Source of the DNA: Callorhinchus milii
Lineage: Eukaryota
Length of the DNA: 64,000 bases
Direction: 5' to 3'
Assembly: GCF_018977255.1 (NCBI RefSeq)
Contig: NW_024704742.1
Span: 26,972,001-27,036,000 of the forward strand
Part shown: one piece after another, positions 1-12,030 of the stretch
How the letters are laid out: every line of letters begins with the position of its first letter
How positions within the stretch are numbered: the first letter of the stretch is position 1
Translations under genes and position numbers: made by a program
The notes under the pieces: model-generated
Database searches by the model: none
Told to the model about the DNA's origin: nothing
What the model saw: only the letters and a program-made list of their open reading frames with translations

Positions 1-559
1 TCATCATCAAATGCTTTTTTTTGACCTTCTTCAGAATTCCTCACTGGGAATTTTGTCCATGATAATTTACAAATTCATTCTTTGTGTATAACCTCCAGAA
101 CAATGAGTCACCCTATGCTTTAAGCTCATTTTACAAATATCATAGGTTTTTGTCGCCTACTATACGGGAGCCCAAGGAGGTATTGCAGAGGGCTAGGGTG
201 TTGTTGCGATCCCAGTGCTGGATGTGATTTGATGGAATATCCCAGCACACAATTCCAAGGCCTTCTAGCACTGCCAGAATATGTGGGAATGAATGATCAA
301 CCACTTTTCTTGGCTCCTTTCAGCAGATCGGTGGGATCTTTGTTCATTATCTGTTGCGGCAGTGGAGTGGTGAGGTGTTCTTCATCTGGACTTGTAGAGA
401 CGAACTGGGCAAGAAATACTGTATTACCATTCTTTCCCAAGTGTCAGCCGGGCACAAGTTGAGAAGGAAGCAAAAGCCCAGGTACAGTACAGTACAGAAC
501 TGTTTCACTTCAGAGTGCGCTTCCAATCTAAAAAGTCACATATTATTTTTATTTTCCCT

Positions 560-912
560 CCTCTCCTCCTCTCCTGTCCTGAAGGCATTGACTCATTTTG
601 ACGGATGGCTCCACATTGGCTGTCTGGTACCTTGCTTGAGTGACCATTCTTCCTACTTAGGTGTGAGTGTGTGGGGTGTGGGGGGTAGCACGGACAAATT
701 CAACTTTTTTCTTACCCATTACACATACATACACACACACACATGTACAAGTACATTCCAACAGGTTGATATTGGTCAGGACGAGGAGCCTGGATGATTT
801 TTCCCCCTCTCTCGTTCAGTGCGGCTGTTGTTAATTGTTGTTATTGCCCTGGTTGAGATCAGCATAAACCAAAGGTTGAAACTGAAAACTTTCTCACCTG
901 TAATGGCTTAGT
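560..912 (-). mobile_element. Old SINE-like interspersed repeat (family 'V'), degraded copy
   Basis: Reverse complement resembles 37640-37945 and 51135-51478 by eye (gctgatctcaaccagggc..., gaagaatggtcact..., terminal gccttcagga-gaggagg). Boundaries approximate. Confidence 0.5.
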
Positions 913-3900
913 ATATATAATAATAATAATAGTAATAATAATCCTTGCAGTTGATATAGCGCCTTATCAAGTCGTCGAGATATCTCAAAGTACTTCACAG
1001 GATTTGCACTGCAGCCAATTTGCCACAAAACAGTTTCACAGTTTCAAACTCTTTCCTCTTTAACAAAGTAACTTCAGGATCAGCACAACACTACAAACAT
1101 TGACAAAAAGAAAATGATAACAATGGCTATTCATCAAGCATATTACCTATGTTTTACTGCAATGTGAGTGCAATGAATTAGTGACAAAACACAATTAATG
1201 TAACCAGGGAATAGGCAAACACACAAGAGCATGTTCTAGGCAGCACACAAAGTAATCAAATCTGTGGGGTGTTTCAACTTTTGTTTATTAAATATTCACC
1301 CATAATACAAAACAAATGATACAAAGAATATGTACAATCTTCGTACATACAATAAACTCCAGGAAATGAATACCATTATTTTATACAATTATCAGTATAT
1401 CGGTAAATAATTTATTTAACTAAAAAAAGTAAATTTCGTTTCCAGTAATGAGATGGGATTTAATACAAGTAATGACGCAGTTGTCACATGCCAACCATTA
1501 TAGTGAGTGATCTCTGACTGTATTACTGGGTAGAACGGGATTTTCTATACAGTCATAAGCAAATATTGTTATTTTTAACAGTCATCATGTATGTGTGGAA
1601 CTTTCTGTCTGATTTGAATACTCATAAGCATAGTTATGGTTTTCACATGTCAGACATCCGGCTGATTCAACAAAAGAACACTCCACATTATGCCAAGGAA
1701 TGAACAGATGTGTACACCCCTGAAGACATCCCTTCCCTTTAGATGAATGAGAAAAGACTCATCATTATCAAAGTGGTTTGGCAATGTTGTCATCTCGTGT
1801 GCGATCACCACCATTTTAGAGAAAGGAGAATACCATCCAAACCCAATGTTGGAGCTAGATTTTACATTCAGCAAAACAACTGTAAAAGTGTGCAATTTGG
1901 GTCATTTTACATTTGGAGTTCCTGTGCAATCACGTTGAGGTCACGTCTTTAAAAGTAGTCAGGCCAAGCCCTGCGAAGAACATTAGAAGAGCAGAACACT
2001 TCATTAGATAACTCAAATTCTTTATTCTAATGTGCCAGACTATTTCTGCAACTAAGCACATGGGAATGCAAGGAATGCTTCACTTTCTCTCAAACTCAAA
2101 AGGCTCACTGAGGCTTTGGTTTACTTTATTCACCCAGGTATTCTTAAAGCTGCCTGATTTCATTACAGCGTAACACCCAACATGGGACTAGCAATGACAG
2201 GTGACTCAATGGACGAGAGCTGCCAACAACTTTCGAGAAACTGATCAAGCAGATTTAGGATTCTTCTTTCAATCCACCTGATAGTTTCATTTTCACACCA
2301 CCCAGGGGCTTCATCAGCTGAACCATCCGGGGAGTTGCATTAAAACCATTGTGAATCCTAACAGTTTGCTCTGCATTAAAACCATTGTGAACTGCTGCGA
2401 GTGCAGACACCAAGCCGACACAAAGCATATAATAATAGCACTAGGCACATTTGCCACCAACTTTCTACCCACAGCTCAGGCGTGGCTTGCTTAAATGTAA
2501 ACAATGTCGACTTCCATCCTTTTTATCACCGACTCCAACTTGTATTGGTCTTTTTTTGTGCTATCCTTTGACTCCATTCCTTTTACTGTATCCCGCTTGC
2601 AACAATCTTCTATCGGTATGCATCATCCCGTCAAGTAGCCATGCTAGACAGACTGTCATCCCCCGTGGGATTCCAGGTGTGAACTGAAGCAGTATTTACA
2701 ATAAGATCATTCATGGGAACAAGAGGTCAGGTGAGAAATGTATCTGAAATGCAAATTCACACAAAGTACAAGCTGAATGTTTATTCAGCCATCTGGTCAT
2801 TATTATTGAACCAAACCAGTTTGTTTCTAACTTCTAAAGAAATTGTTGTGAAAACAATACAGGCTGTCCTGCCTTTTCACTTGGAGGTAAAGAAGTGACT
2901 ATGATTAAGTGACGAAAGATAAAATTGTAACAATATATATTTTACCCTTTCTTCGTTCCCTCTCTATGGGTTTCTGGAGTGCCATATGCTGCTTGAAACT
3001 GTACTGAATTTGTCGTGCAGTAATCCTAAAATGAATGATGCAAAGACAATGTTTCCGCAGTAAATTAGGGTGAATTAGTATATCATTATAACACAGATGC
3101 TTATTCAAACATGAATATTCAAATTGAACAAAAATAACAATAATATTTTATATTTGATATCTGTCTCAAGACCTACCATGTGGTTCGTACTTTCGGTCAT
3201 TATTCCCCTCCTCCACCTCCCTCACCCCCCCACTCCCACATGTAGGATTATTATTATTACCAAGCCAGACTGTTAATGTCCTCTTGATGTGAAAATCGAT
3301 CTATAAATATAAATTTGTGAATTGTATATTGCGCATGTCATATCGGGAGGACGTCTCAAAACCCTTTATGGGATTTTCCTGTAAATAACAATATAATAAT
3401 CCTTGCATTTGATATAGCACCCTATCACATTGTGGCGATGTCTCAAAGCGCTTCACAGGATATAGTGTCAAGTGGATTGGCTGTGTATTTTGTGGGCGAA
3501 ACGCAGCAGCCAGCTTGCGCATGGCAATGGCCCACAGCCGTGGAGTGTGTGACCAATTTTATTTGGGGAACTTGGGGGATACTGGGAGAAATTCTCTTCT
3601 CTTTTCCGATCATGGCAGGGGATCTTCAAAATCCACCAGAACAGGCCAACAAGTCCTTGATTTAACAACTCAATGCGAAAAACAGTAGCTCCAACAATGC
3701 AACCCAACCATTACTTTGGAGAGTCATCTTAGACTATATGAATTCCTCCCGGCTGCCGAGGTGGAGCTTGAACCCACAACCTTTTGACTCAGAGGCGAGA
3801 GCCAGAAGATTAAAGCCTCACATCGGGACTAGAAAGTTAATGTCCAGGGTGACATTCCAGTGCAGTCTTGTGGAGAGCTGGACTGTCGGAGCTATGGCTT

Positions 3901-4974
3901 TTGGTTGCGATGTTAAGACAAGGTGGAACCTACTTGTTCAGGTAGATGTTATAGACTTCATGACACTTTTCGAAAAGAGAAGGGAGTTTCTCCCCGTGTC
4001 CTGGCCACCAATCCTCCGGGCAAATTGGTCATTCACCTCCTGCCCGTTTGTGGGAATTTGCTGTTTTCCAAATAGCTGGTTTACAAACGTGACGGCAATT
4101 CATGCAATGTTTTGAAGTGCAAACGCGCTACAAAAATGCGAAGCCTTTTTAAAAATGAAATAAAAATTCTTAATTCCTCCCAATTTGCTTCAAGTCTAAT
4201 TTTTTTTCTCTCTCTTTCTCTGCACACTCCTTCTCTCCCTGAACCCGCCAGCTCCTTCCTACATGCAATGTTTAAAGGTAAGTTAAAACAAGACATCAAG
4301 GTTCAAAGTGGTTGTTTTTTTTTGGGGGTGGAAGTGTGACAGATTGAGAAAAAGCAAAACTGCAAAGGGTGTGTGTGTGTGTGTGTTTTTTAACTGTCCA
4401 GGTATTTTTTTTCTTTCTCTCCTTCCCTCCCTCCCTCCCATGTTGGCAAAACAACTTAAAAAAAAAGTGCTCCCTCGTCTGGCAGTGGCTGTGATTCTGA
4501 CAGAAAGAAAAGACAGAAAGAAACCTTCCTTTCAACCCAACCAACTGCTACACCATAAGGACCAACGTCAGTCAGTCAGTGAGTGAGTGAGTGAAAAAGA
4601 GAGAGAGAGAGGGAAGGAGGGAAAAAAGAGAGAGACAGAAGGAGCCAGACCTGCAACTGCAGCTGCTTCAACTCCACATTCAAAAAACCTTCACCATTTC
4701 TACCCACAGCCTCACCTCAACCACAGGGCAGTTTGGCTTTTTTTTTCTGGGGGGGGGCTTTTTGAATTTAAAACATTTAAAATTATTTAAAAAAAATAAT
4801 AATAAAACAAAAAATACCCCCCCCCTAGAAACCTCCCCCCCATCAAACTACCTCCCACCCACCCCCCCCCCCCCCCCCCCACCACCAAACAAAACAAACA
4901 CAACAAACAAAAACAAATTGCAGCAGGTACTGTCCTCTTCCAATACTTTTTCTTTTTTTTTAACAAAAAGCGTT

Positions 4975-7400
4975 TGAGTTTGTCTCTGTGTCTCAATGTG
5001 TGTGTGTCTCAGTGTGTCTGTGTCTCGGTGTGTGTCTGTGTATCTGTGTGTCTCAGTGTCTGTGTATCTGTGTCTCAGTGTGTGTGTGTCTCAGTGTCTG
5101 TGTATCTGTGTGTCTCAGTGTCTGTGTGTGTCTCAGTGTGTGTGTGTATCTATCTGTGTGTCTCAGTGTCTGTGTGTGTGTCTGTCTGTCTCAGCGTCTG
5201 TGTGTGTCTCAGTGTCTGTGTGTATCTATCTGTGTGTCTCAGTGTCTGTGTGTCTGTCTGTCTCAGTGTCTGTGTGTGTCTCAGTGTCTCTCTGTGTGTA
5301 TCTGTGTGTGTCTATTTCTCAGTGTCTGTGTGTGTCAGTGTCTGTCTCAGTGTCTGTGTGTGTGTATCTGTGTGTGTGTGTCTGTCTCAGTGTCTGTGTG
5401 TGTGTATCTGTGTGTGTGTGTCTGTCTCAGTGTCTGTGTGTATATATCTGTGTGTCTCAGTGTCTATGTGTGTGTATCTGTGTGTGTGTGTGTGTCTCAG
5501 TGCTGTGTGTCTGTGTATGTGTGTGTGTCTCAGTGTCTGTGTGTATATATATGTGTGTCTCAGTGTCTATGTGTGTGTATCTGTGTGTGTGTGTGTCTCA
5601 GTGTCTGTGTATCTGTGTATGTGTGTGTGTCTCAGTGTCTGTGTGTGTGTATCTGTGTGTGTCTGTGTGTGTCTGAGTGTCTCTGTGTATTTATCTGTGT
5701 GTCTCAGTGTCTGTGTGTGTCTGAGTGTCTCTCTGTGTGTATCTGTCTGTGTGTCTCAGTGTCTGTGTGTGTGTCTGAGTGTCTGTGTGTGTCTGAGTGT
5801 CTCTGTGTGTATCTATCTGTGTGTCTCAGTGTCTGTGTATCTGTGTGTGTGTCTCTTTCTCAGTGTCTGTGTGTGTCAGTGTCTGTCTCAGTGTCTGTGT
5901 GTGTGTATCTGTGTGTGTGTGTCTCAGTGTCTGTGTGTGTCAGTGTCTGTCTCAGTGTCTGTGTATCTGTGTGTGTGTCAGTGTCTGTCTGTGTCTGTGT
6001 ATCTGTGTGTGTCTCAGTGTCTGTGTGTGTCTGAGTGTCTCTGTGTGTGTATCTATCTGTGTGTCTCAGTGTCTGTGTGTGTGTCTGAGTGTCTGTGTGT
6101 GTCTGAGTATCTCTGTGTGTGTATCTATCTGTGTGTCTCAGTGTCTGTGTATCTGTGTGTGTGTCTCTTTCTCAGTGTCTGTGTGTGTCAGTGTCTGTCT
6201 CAGTGTCTGTGTGTGTGTATCTGTGTGTGTGTCTCAGTGTCTGTGTGTGTCAGTGTCTGTCTCAGTGTCTGTGTATCTGTGTGTGTGTCAGTGTCTGTCT
6301 GTGTCTGTGTATCTGTGTGTGTCTCAGTGTCTGTGTGTCTGAGTGTCTCTGTGTGTGTATCTATCTGTGTGTCTCAGTGTCTGTGTGTGTGTCTGTCTGT
6401 CTCAGCGTCTGTGTGTGTCTCAGTGTCTGTGTGTATCTATCTGTGTGTCTCAGTGTCTGTGTGTCTGTCTGTCTCAGTGTCTGTGTGTGTCTCAGTGTCT
6501 CTCTGTGTGTATCTGTGTGTGTCTGTTTCTCAGTGTCTGTGTGTGTCAGTGTCTGTCTCAGTGTCTGTGTGTGTGTATCTGTGTGTGTGTGTCTGTCTCA
6601 GTGTCTGTGTGTGTGTATCTGTGTGTGTGTGTCTGTCTCAGTGTCTGTGTGTATATATCTGTGTGTCTCAGTGTCTATGTGTGTGTATCTGTGTGTGTGT
6701 GTGTGTCTCAGTGTCTGTGTATCTGTGTATGTGTGTGTGTCTCAGTGTCTGTGTGTATATATATGTGTGTCTCAGTGTCTATGTGTGTGTATCTGTGTGT
6801 GTGTGTGTCTCAGTGTCTGTGTATCTGTGTATGTGTGTGTGTCTCAGTGTCTGTGTGTGTGTATCTGTGTGTGTCTGTGTGTGTCTGAGTGTCTCTGTGT
6901 ATTTATCTGTGTGTCTCAGTGTCTGTGTGTGTCTGAGTGTCTCTCTGTGTGTATATATCTGTGTGTCTCAGTGTCTGTGTGTGTGTCTGTGTGTCTGAGT
7001 GTCTGTGTGTGTCTGAGTGTCTCTGTGTGTGTATCTATCTGTGTGTCTCAGTGTCTGTGTATCTGTGTGTGTGTCTCTTTCTCAGTGTCTGTGTGTGTCA
7101 GTGTCTGTCTCAGTGTCTGTGTGTGTGTATCTGTGTGTGTGTCTCAGTGTCTGTGTGTGTCAGTGTCTGTCTCAGTGTCTGTGTATCTGTGTGTGTGTCA
7201 GTGTCTGTCTGTGTCTGTGTATCTGTGTGTGTCTCAGTGTCTGTGTGTGTCTGAGTGTCTCTGTGTGTGTATCTATCTGTGTGTCTCAGTGTCTGTGTGT
7301 GTGTCTGAGTGTCTGTGTGTGTCTGAGTGTCTCTGTGTGTGTATCTATCTGTGTGTCTCAGTGTCTGTGTGTGTGTCTGTGTGTCTCAGTGTCTGTGGGT
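4975..7400. repeat. Complex (TG)/(TC)-based microsatellite array (TGTCTCAGTGTC / TGTATC motifs), ~2.4 kb
   Basis: Directly visible; gives spurious Cys/Val/Ser/Leu ORFs in all three + frames. Confidence 0.97.
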
Positions 7401-7404
7401 GTGT

Positions 7405-7975
7405 GGGGGGGGGGGGGGGGGGGGGGGGGGTCTGCTGGTTGTTGTTGGGGGGTCTGCTGGTTGTTGGGGGGGTCTGCTGGTTGTTATTGGGGGGGGGTCT
7501 GCTGGTTGTTGGGGGGGGGTGTCTGCTGGTTGTTGTTGGGGGGTCTGCTGGTTGTTGGGGGGGTCTGCTGGTTGTTGGGGGGGGGTCTGCTGGTTGTTGG
7601 GGGGGGTCTGCTGGTTGTTGTTGGGGGGTCTGCTGGTTGTTGGGGGGGGGGTCTGCTGGTTGTTGGGGGGGGTCTGCTGGTTGTTGGGGGGTGTCTGCTG
7701 GTTATTGGGGGGGGGTCTGCTGGTTGTTGGGGGGGGTCTGCTGGTTGTTGGGGGGGGTCTGCTGGTTGTTGGGGGGGGGGTCTGCTGGTTGTTGGGGGGG
7801 GTCTGCTGGTTGTTGTTGGGGGGTCTGCTGGTTGTTGGGGGGGGGGTCTGCTGGTTGTTGGGGGGGGGGGGGTCTGCTGGTTGTTGGGGGGGGGGTCTGC
7901 TGGTTGTTATTGGGGGGGTCTGCTGGTTGTTGGGGGGGGTCTGCTGGTTGTTATTGAGGGGGGTCTGCTGGTTGG
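7405..7975. repeat. G-rich minisatellite, unit G(n)-TCTGCTGGTTGTT
   Basis: Roughly 25 tandem units with G-runs of variable length. Confidence 0.95.
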
Positions 7976-7979
7976 TGTT

Positions 7980-8255
7980 GGGGTGGCAAGGTCGCGGGTG
8001 GGGGGGGCAGGCCGTCGGGGTGGAGGGCAGGCCAGGGGGGGGGAGGGTGCCGGGGGGGGGGGGGGGGGTGCCGGGTCCCGGGGGGGGAGGGTGCCGGGGG
8101 GGGGGGGGGGTGCCGGGGGGGGGGGGGGGGGATGGGGGGGTGGGGGTGGGGGGGGGGGGGGGGGGGGGAGGAGGGTGGGGGGGGGGGGGGGGGGGGGGGG
8201 TGCGGGGGGGCCGGGGGGGAGGGTGCGGGGGGGGGGGGGGGGGGGGGGGGGGGGG
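7980..8255. repeat. Poly-G low-complexity tract (probably low-quality sequence)
   Basis: G runs of 20 nt or more with sporadic other bases; directly abuts the left duplication arm. Confidence 0.85.
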
Positions 8256-9062
8256 AATTCGTGACTGTTTTTGGGACACTGCTGTGCAAAGTTGGCTGCC
8301 GCATTTCACCCACAAAATGTAGTCAATTCATTTTACAATCTATTCTGTGAAGCTCTTTGAGACATATCATGACATTATAAAGGTGCTACATCAAATACAA
8401 GTACTGTATTATTAAAATACAAGCAAATTTCCACTAGGTAGAAAAAGTGTACTGGGAGCTGGAGTATGAGAAGCTGAAGGGCAAAACGGTAGGAATAACT
8501 TTGAAAGCACATCTGTCGAGAGCAATAGGAGTACAATTACGATTACAGGACTTAAATGAATGCAGGGAATGAAGGGTCCAACAAAATTGTGGAAGTAAAA
8601 CTTGGTACAGTCGTAGAGATAGAAAACAATGGGCCACAGAGCAAAAATGTTTTTCCCAAGAATGCAGTCATAGCATGGAGGTGAGCCAAACAAATCAGCT
8701 TTCTCTTTAAAAGAGCTAAATCTTGAATTACCAAGATTTGATACTTGCAACTGCTGAATCCTCTTAAATTTTCTCCATGCTCTTTGAAGGGAAACAATAA
8801 TCTTATTTAGGATGAAAAGAACGCATTAGGAAGCCGTGAATGCCAATTGGAACATTAGTTACTTTGCTGGCACAGGAGAAGCAGCATTTGAATTGAAAAC
8901 AATGTTAAGAATTGTCGAAGACCAACCCAGGCTCAACAGATCTGCAGTCATTCCCGAACAGGTAAGTCTGGTCTCCTTGATCAGCCATGATCTGAGTTAC
9001 AAGAGGCCTATATGAAACAATGGTCAGAGGCTTAGTGTTCAAGATGGTGGGTAAAGTGCAGA

Positions 9063-9444
9063 CCAGTCATTGGGGGCAGGAAATTCTCCCACTCAGCTCC
9101 TGTTAACCCTGAAAGACAAAGCCTTAACGGTGGGGCGGTCCTGGCTGGACAAGCAGTGGGAAAGCTTGTGCTCTCAACGACAAGAGATGCGATTCTAGCT
9201 GGTTGGACTCCAGCAGTACCCACAACGTACACTCTGAGGTCCCCAAGCCTTGTCTTGCCAGCCTGCGCCTTATACTTTCCGGAATTAGGTAAACAGGATG
9301 TATCCCTCCAGGGAGAGAGTGCACATTCCATTGCAATAATCTATCTCTGGAATTTCCATGTGTAGGTGGGATGCATGGAAATCTCAATTTGGTTTGCACA
9401 CTGGGTTTCCGCATGTGTCAGACACCCGGCTGACCAAACAAAAA
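9063..9444 (+). mobile_element. Unidentified non-LTR-like repeat (family 'U'); mirror copy at ~27663-28045 (-)
   Basis: Homologous to 29505-29896, 61899-62307 and 45386-45442; all share the 3' end (gtcagacacccggctgacc + A-rich tail). Confidence 0.8.
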
Positions 9445-9914
9445 TGGTTAGAGGTGACGAAACAGAGACAGTGCGCACTAGAAATGCCATCAGCCATCAG
9501 TTTCCATTTCTATTCCTCCAGCTGCAGAACGAAATCCAAAATTTCAGCTAAGTGTCATCGAGCCCTTTGGAAATATAGATACGTGAGACATGCAGCAACT
9601 GCAAAACTTCATTTGCTGTTTTTACTCGACACGGATTCTCTTGGGTGTATAAGAACATACATAAGAACATAAGAAATGCTAGACGAAAAAGACCATCATG
9701 CTTAGCATAACTGCATACCTCTTCTCGATCGATGATGATGTGCGTGCACTGAACCTTGGATCCTGGTTCATGACAGGTGGTGGGAAAAAACTACGTCCTG
9801 GACTTCATTGCTAGGTCTTGCTGAGTTTATCCCAAATAATGCACACGCAGCTTCAGTGGCAGTCCATCTAGTCCTAGCGGTTGCATGCACATATTTCCCG
9901 AACTACCTATGTAC

Positions 9915-10225
9915 TTCAATCCCTCGCACCTCCCTACCTATCCGACCTGCTTACTCCCCATTTCACCAGCCACTGCCTCCACTCGGCTGGCTCAGGTCTC
10001 CTAATTGTCCCGTGCCCTTCACTCCACCATTGGTGGCAGTGCCTTTAGCTACTACGCCCCAAAACTCTGGAACTCTCTCCCTCGATGCCCCCGCCTAGCC
10101 CCCTCCCTCCCCACGTTCAAGTCCCACCTAAAGACCTCCCTTTTTAATTGTGCTTACGGTCACCTCCTCACTCCCTCCCCCCTTGGCTCGTTGTCAGACT
10201 CCGCCACTGTGAAGCGCTGCAGGAC
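9915..10225 (+). mobile_element. L2-clade LINE 3' fragment; mirror copy at ~26875-27185 (-)
   Basis: Translates to LAPPYLSDLL..GGSAFSYYAPKLWNSLP..FKSHLKTSLF, typical of the L2 ORF2 C-terminus. Confidence 0.85.
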
Positions 10226-12030
10226 ACTACCCCACGCTATATACATCGGTCATTTCAATCCACGAATGTTTGTGGGACACGATTGTTGGCTGACGCATTT
10301 CGTTCACAAATATACAGTCTATTCACTTTACAGTATATTCTGTGAAGCACATTGAGACATCTACAAGACGTGAAAAGCGCTATATCTAATGCAAGGATTA
10401 TTATTATTATATCCTATAATGTTATTTCCTAAAAGAAAACTATCTAATCTGTGTTTGAAAGAATCAACATATCCTGCTTCAACTATCTCCATCAACCATC
10501 AACCAATAATAATCCCTCCAAAACAAAACAATAATAAATTGGTCATTTACTTCATGGCTGATTGCGGGACATTGCTGTTTGCAGATTGCCTGTTACGTTC
10601 ACCTGCAAAATACAGTCACGACACTCTGTAATATATTCTGTGAAGCGCTTGGAGATATCCTGATGAGAAAGGCGCAATATCCCATTTAAGGATTATTATT
10701 ATTATTATTATCTCCCTCGGGTTTAACCATGGGTAAACATGGGTTCGGACAACGAGGAGAGAGATTTGTGAAAGGCTAGGTTAACTTCAAGATTTTCAGA
10801 TGAATTTAAACTCCTGTCAGTCCACTGCACCAATTAACAACAACAACAAAATGCATTTATATAGTTAACGTAGATTATTGTGAAAAGCAATCGCAGTAGT
10901 GACACCTACCTAACAAAGTGAAAGATTTCTAAAGCAGTCTTTTTAGGAACTTATACAAGCAAACTTTTATGACGGGTTTAAATTTTGCAGTTAAAAAAAT
11001 CCTTGCATTGGATATTGAGCCTTTCATGTCGGAAGGATACCTCAAAGCACTTCTAAGGATTTACTGTAAAGTACAGTGACTATGTGTTTCATAGGCAAAA
11101 GCTGCAGCCAATTTATACAGAGCAATATCCCACAAACATGCCTGAGGTTAAAATCATGAGGTTTTAGCAATCTGCCTGCAATCCAACTAACCTTTTAATC
11201 AAAATCTGATATCCCAACTGTCAGACCTGGAAATGACTCGACAGCAATATTTATAACGCTCAAGATTTTTTAAATTAGCTTAATAGTAAGCTTGGTCTAG
11301 GGAAGATCAGCACATTAAAATCTCTCAAAATTTGTTCCACATTGCAGGTTTCACATCTAACAAAATTTACTATTAAAATAAAGTAATTGGACTGGAACTT
11401 GAGGTGCAACTCCAGAAAAATCTTGTACTGTAACATCCAAATGTTTTGCAACCATTCGCTCACAATATACACAGTCAATCCACTTTACAGTGTATCATGT
11501 GAAGCTCTTTGAGACGTCTCAACGACCTGACGAGGCTCTATATCAATGGCAAGGATTTTATTATTATTATTCCCTAGAAGTTAGATGTATTAGGTACACA
11601 AGAACTATGGGGTCAATGTGAGGATATGAGGATATTTTTCAAAGTGTTGCAATGTTTATTTACACTCAGTCTTCTATCAATAGTTAGCATTGAAAGCATC
11701 ATTTCTTAACGTTACTTAGATTGTGCCGCAGGCGATTTGGCTTTGATATTCTGTCGATATTAGTATTTGAAGGCTGCAAACTGGAAAGTTTTTTATTTTC
11801 ACCCAAACCGTTCTGTCGAATATTTCCCTTCTGGAACAACACAAGTGACACTTCTACAGACAGAAAACCTCAATGACTCGACAACAGGCAAATGCATTAA
11901 CACGGGTCCATTTGGAAATGCATCAAATCCAGTTCATGCTACTCAATTTCTGGGTAGGTCCTATTTTCTGGGAATTTATATGACAAAAAGAACTTGTCAA
12001 CACATGTCCTGGGAATAGATCCTCACAAAC

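Noticed and set aside
2336..2392. Short direct repeats (20 bp here; 24 bp near 32703; 21 bp near 44851)
   Set aside because: Two-copy local duplications consistent with ordinary slippage.
4974..8350. Long ORFs (674, 612, 415 aa and others) rich in C/V/S/L or G/P
   Set aside because: By-products of stop-poor microsatellite and poly-G sequence; open in several frames at once, with no domain or exon structure.
10655..10675. Hammerhead ribozyme core (CTGATGA..GAAA)
   Set aside because: No stem II between the motifs; it is a diverged SINE tail.
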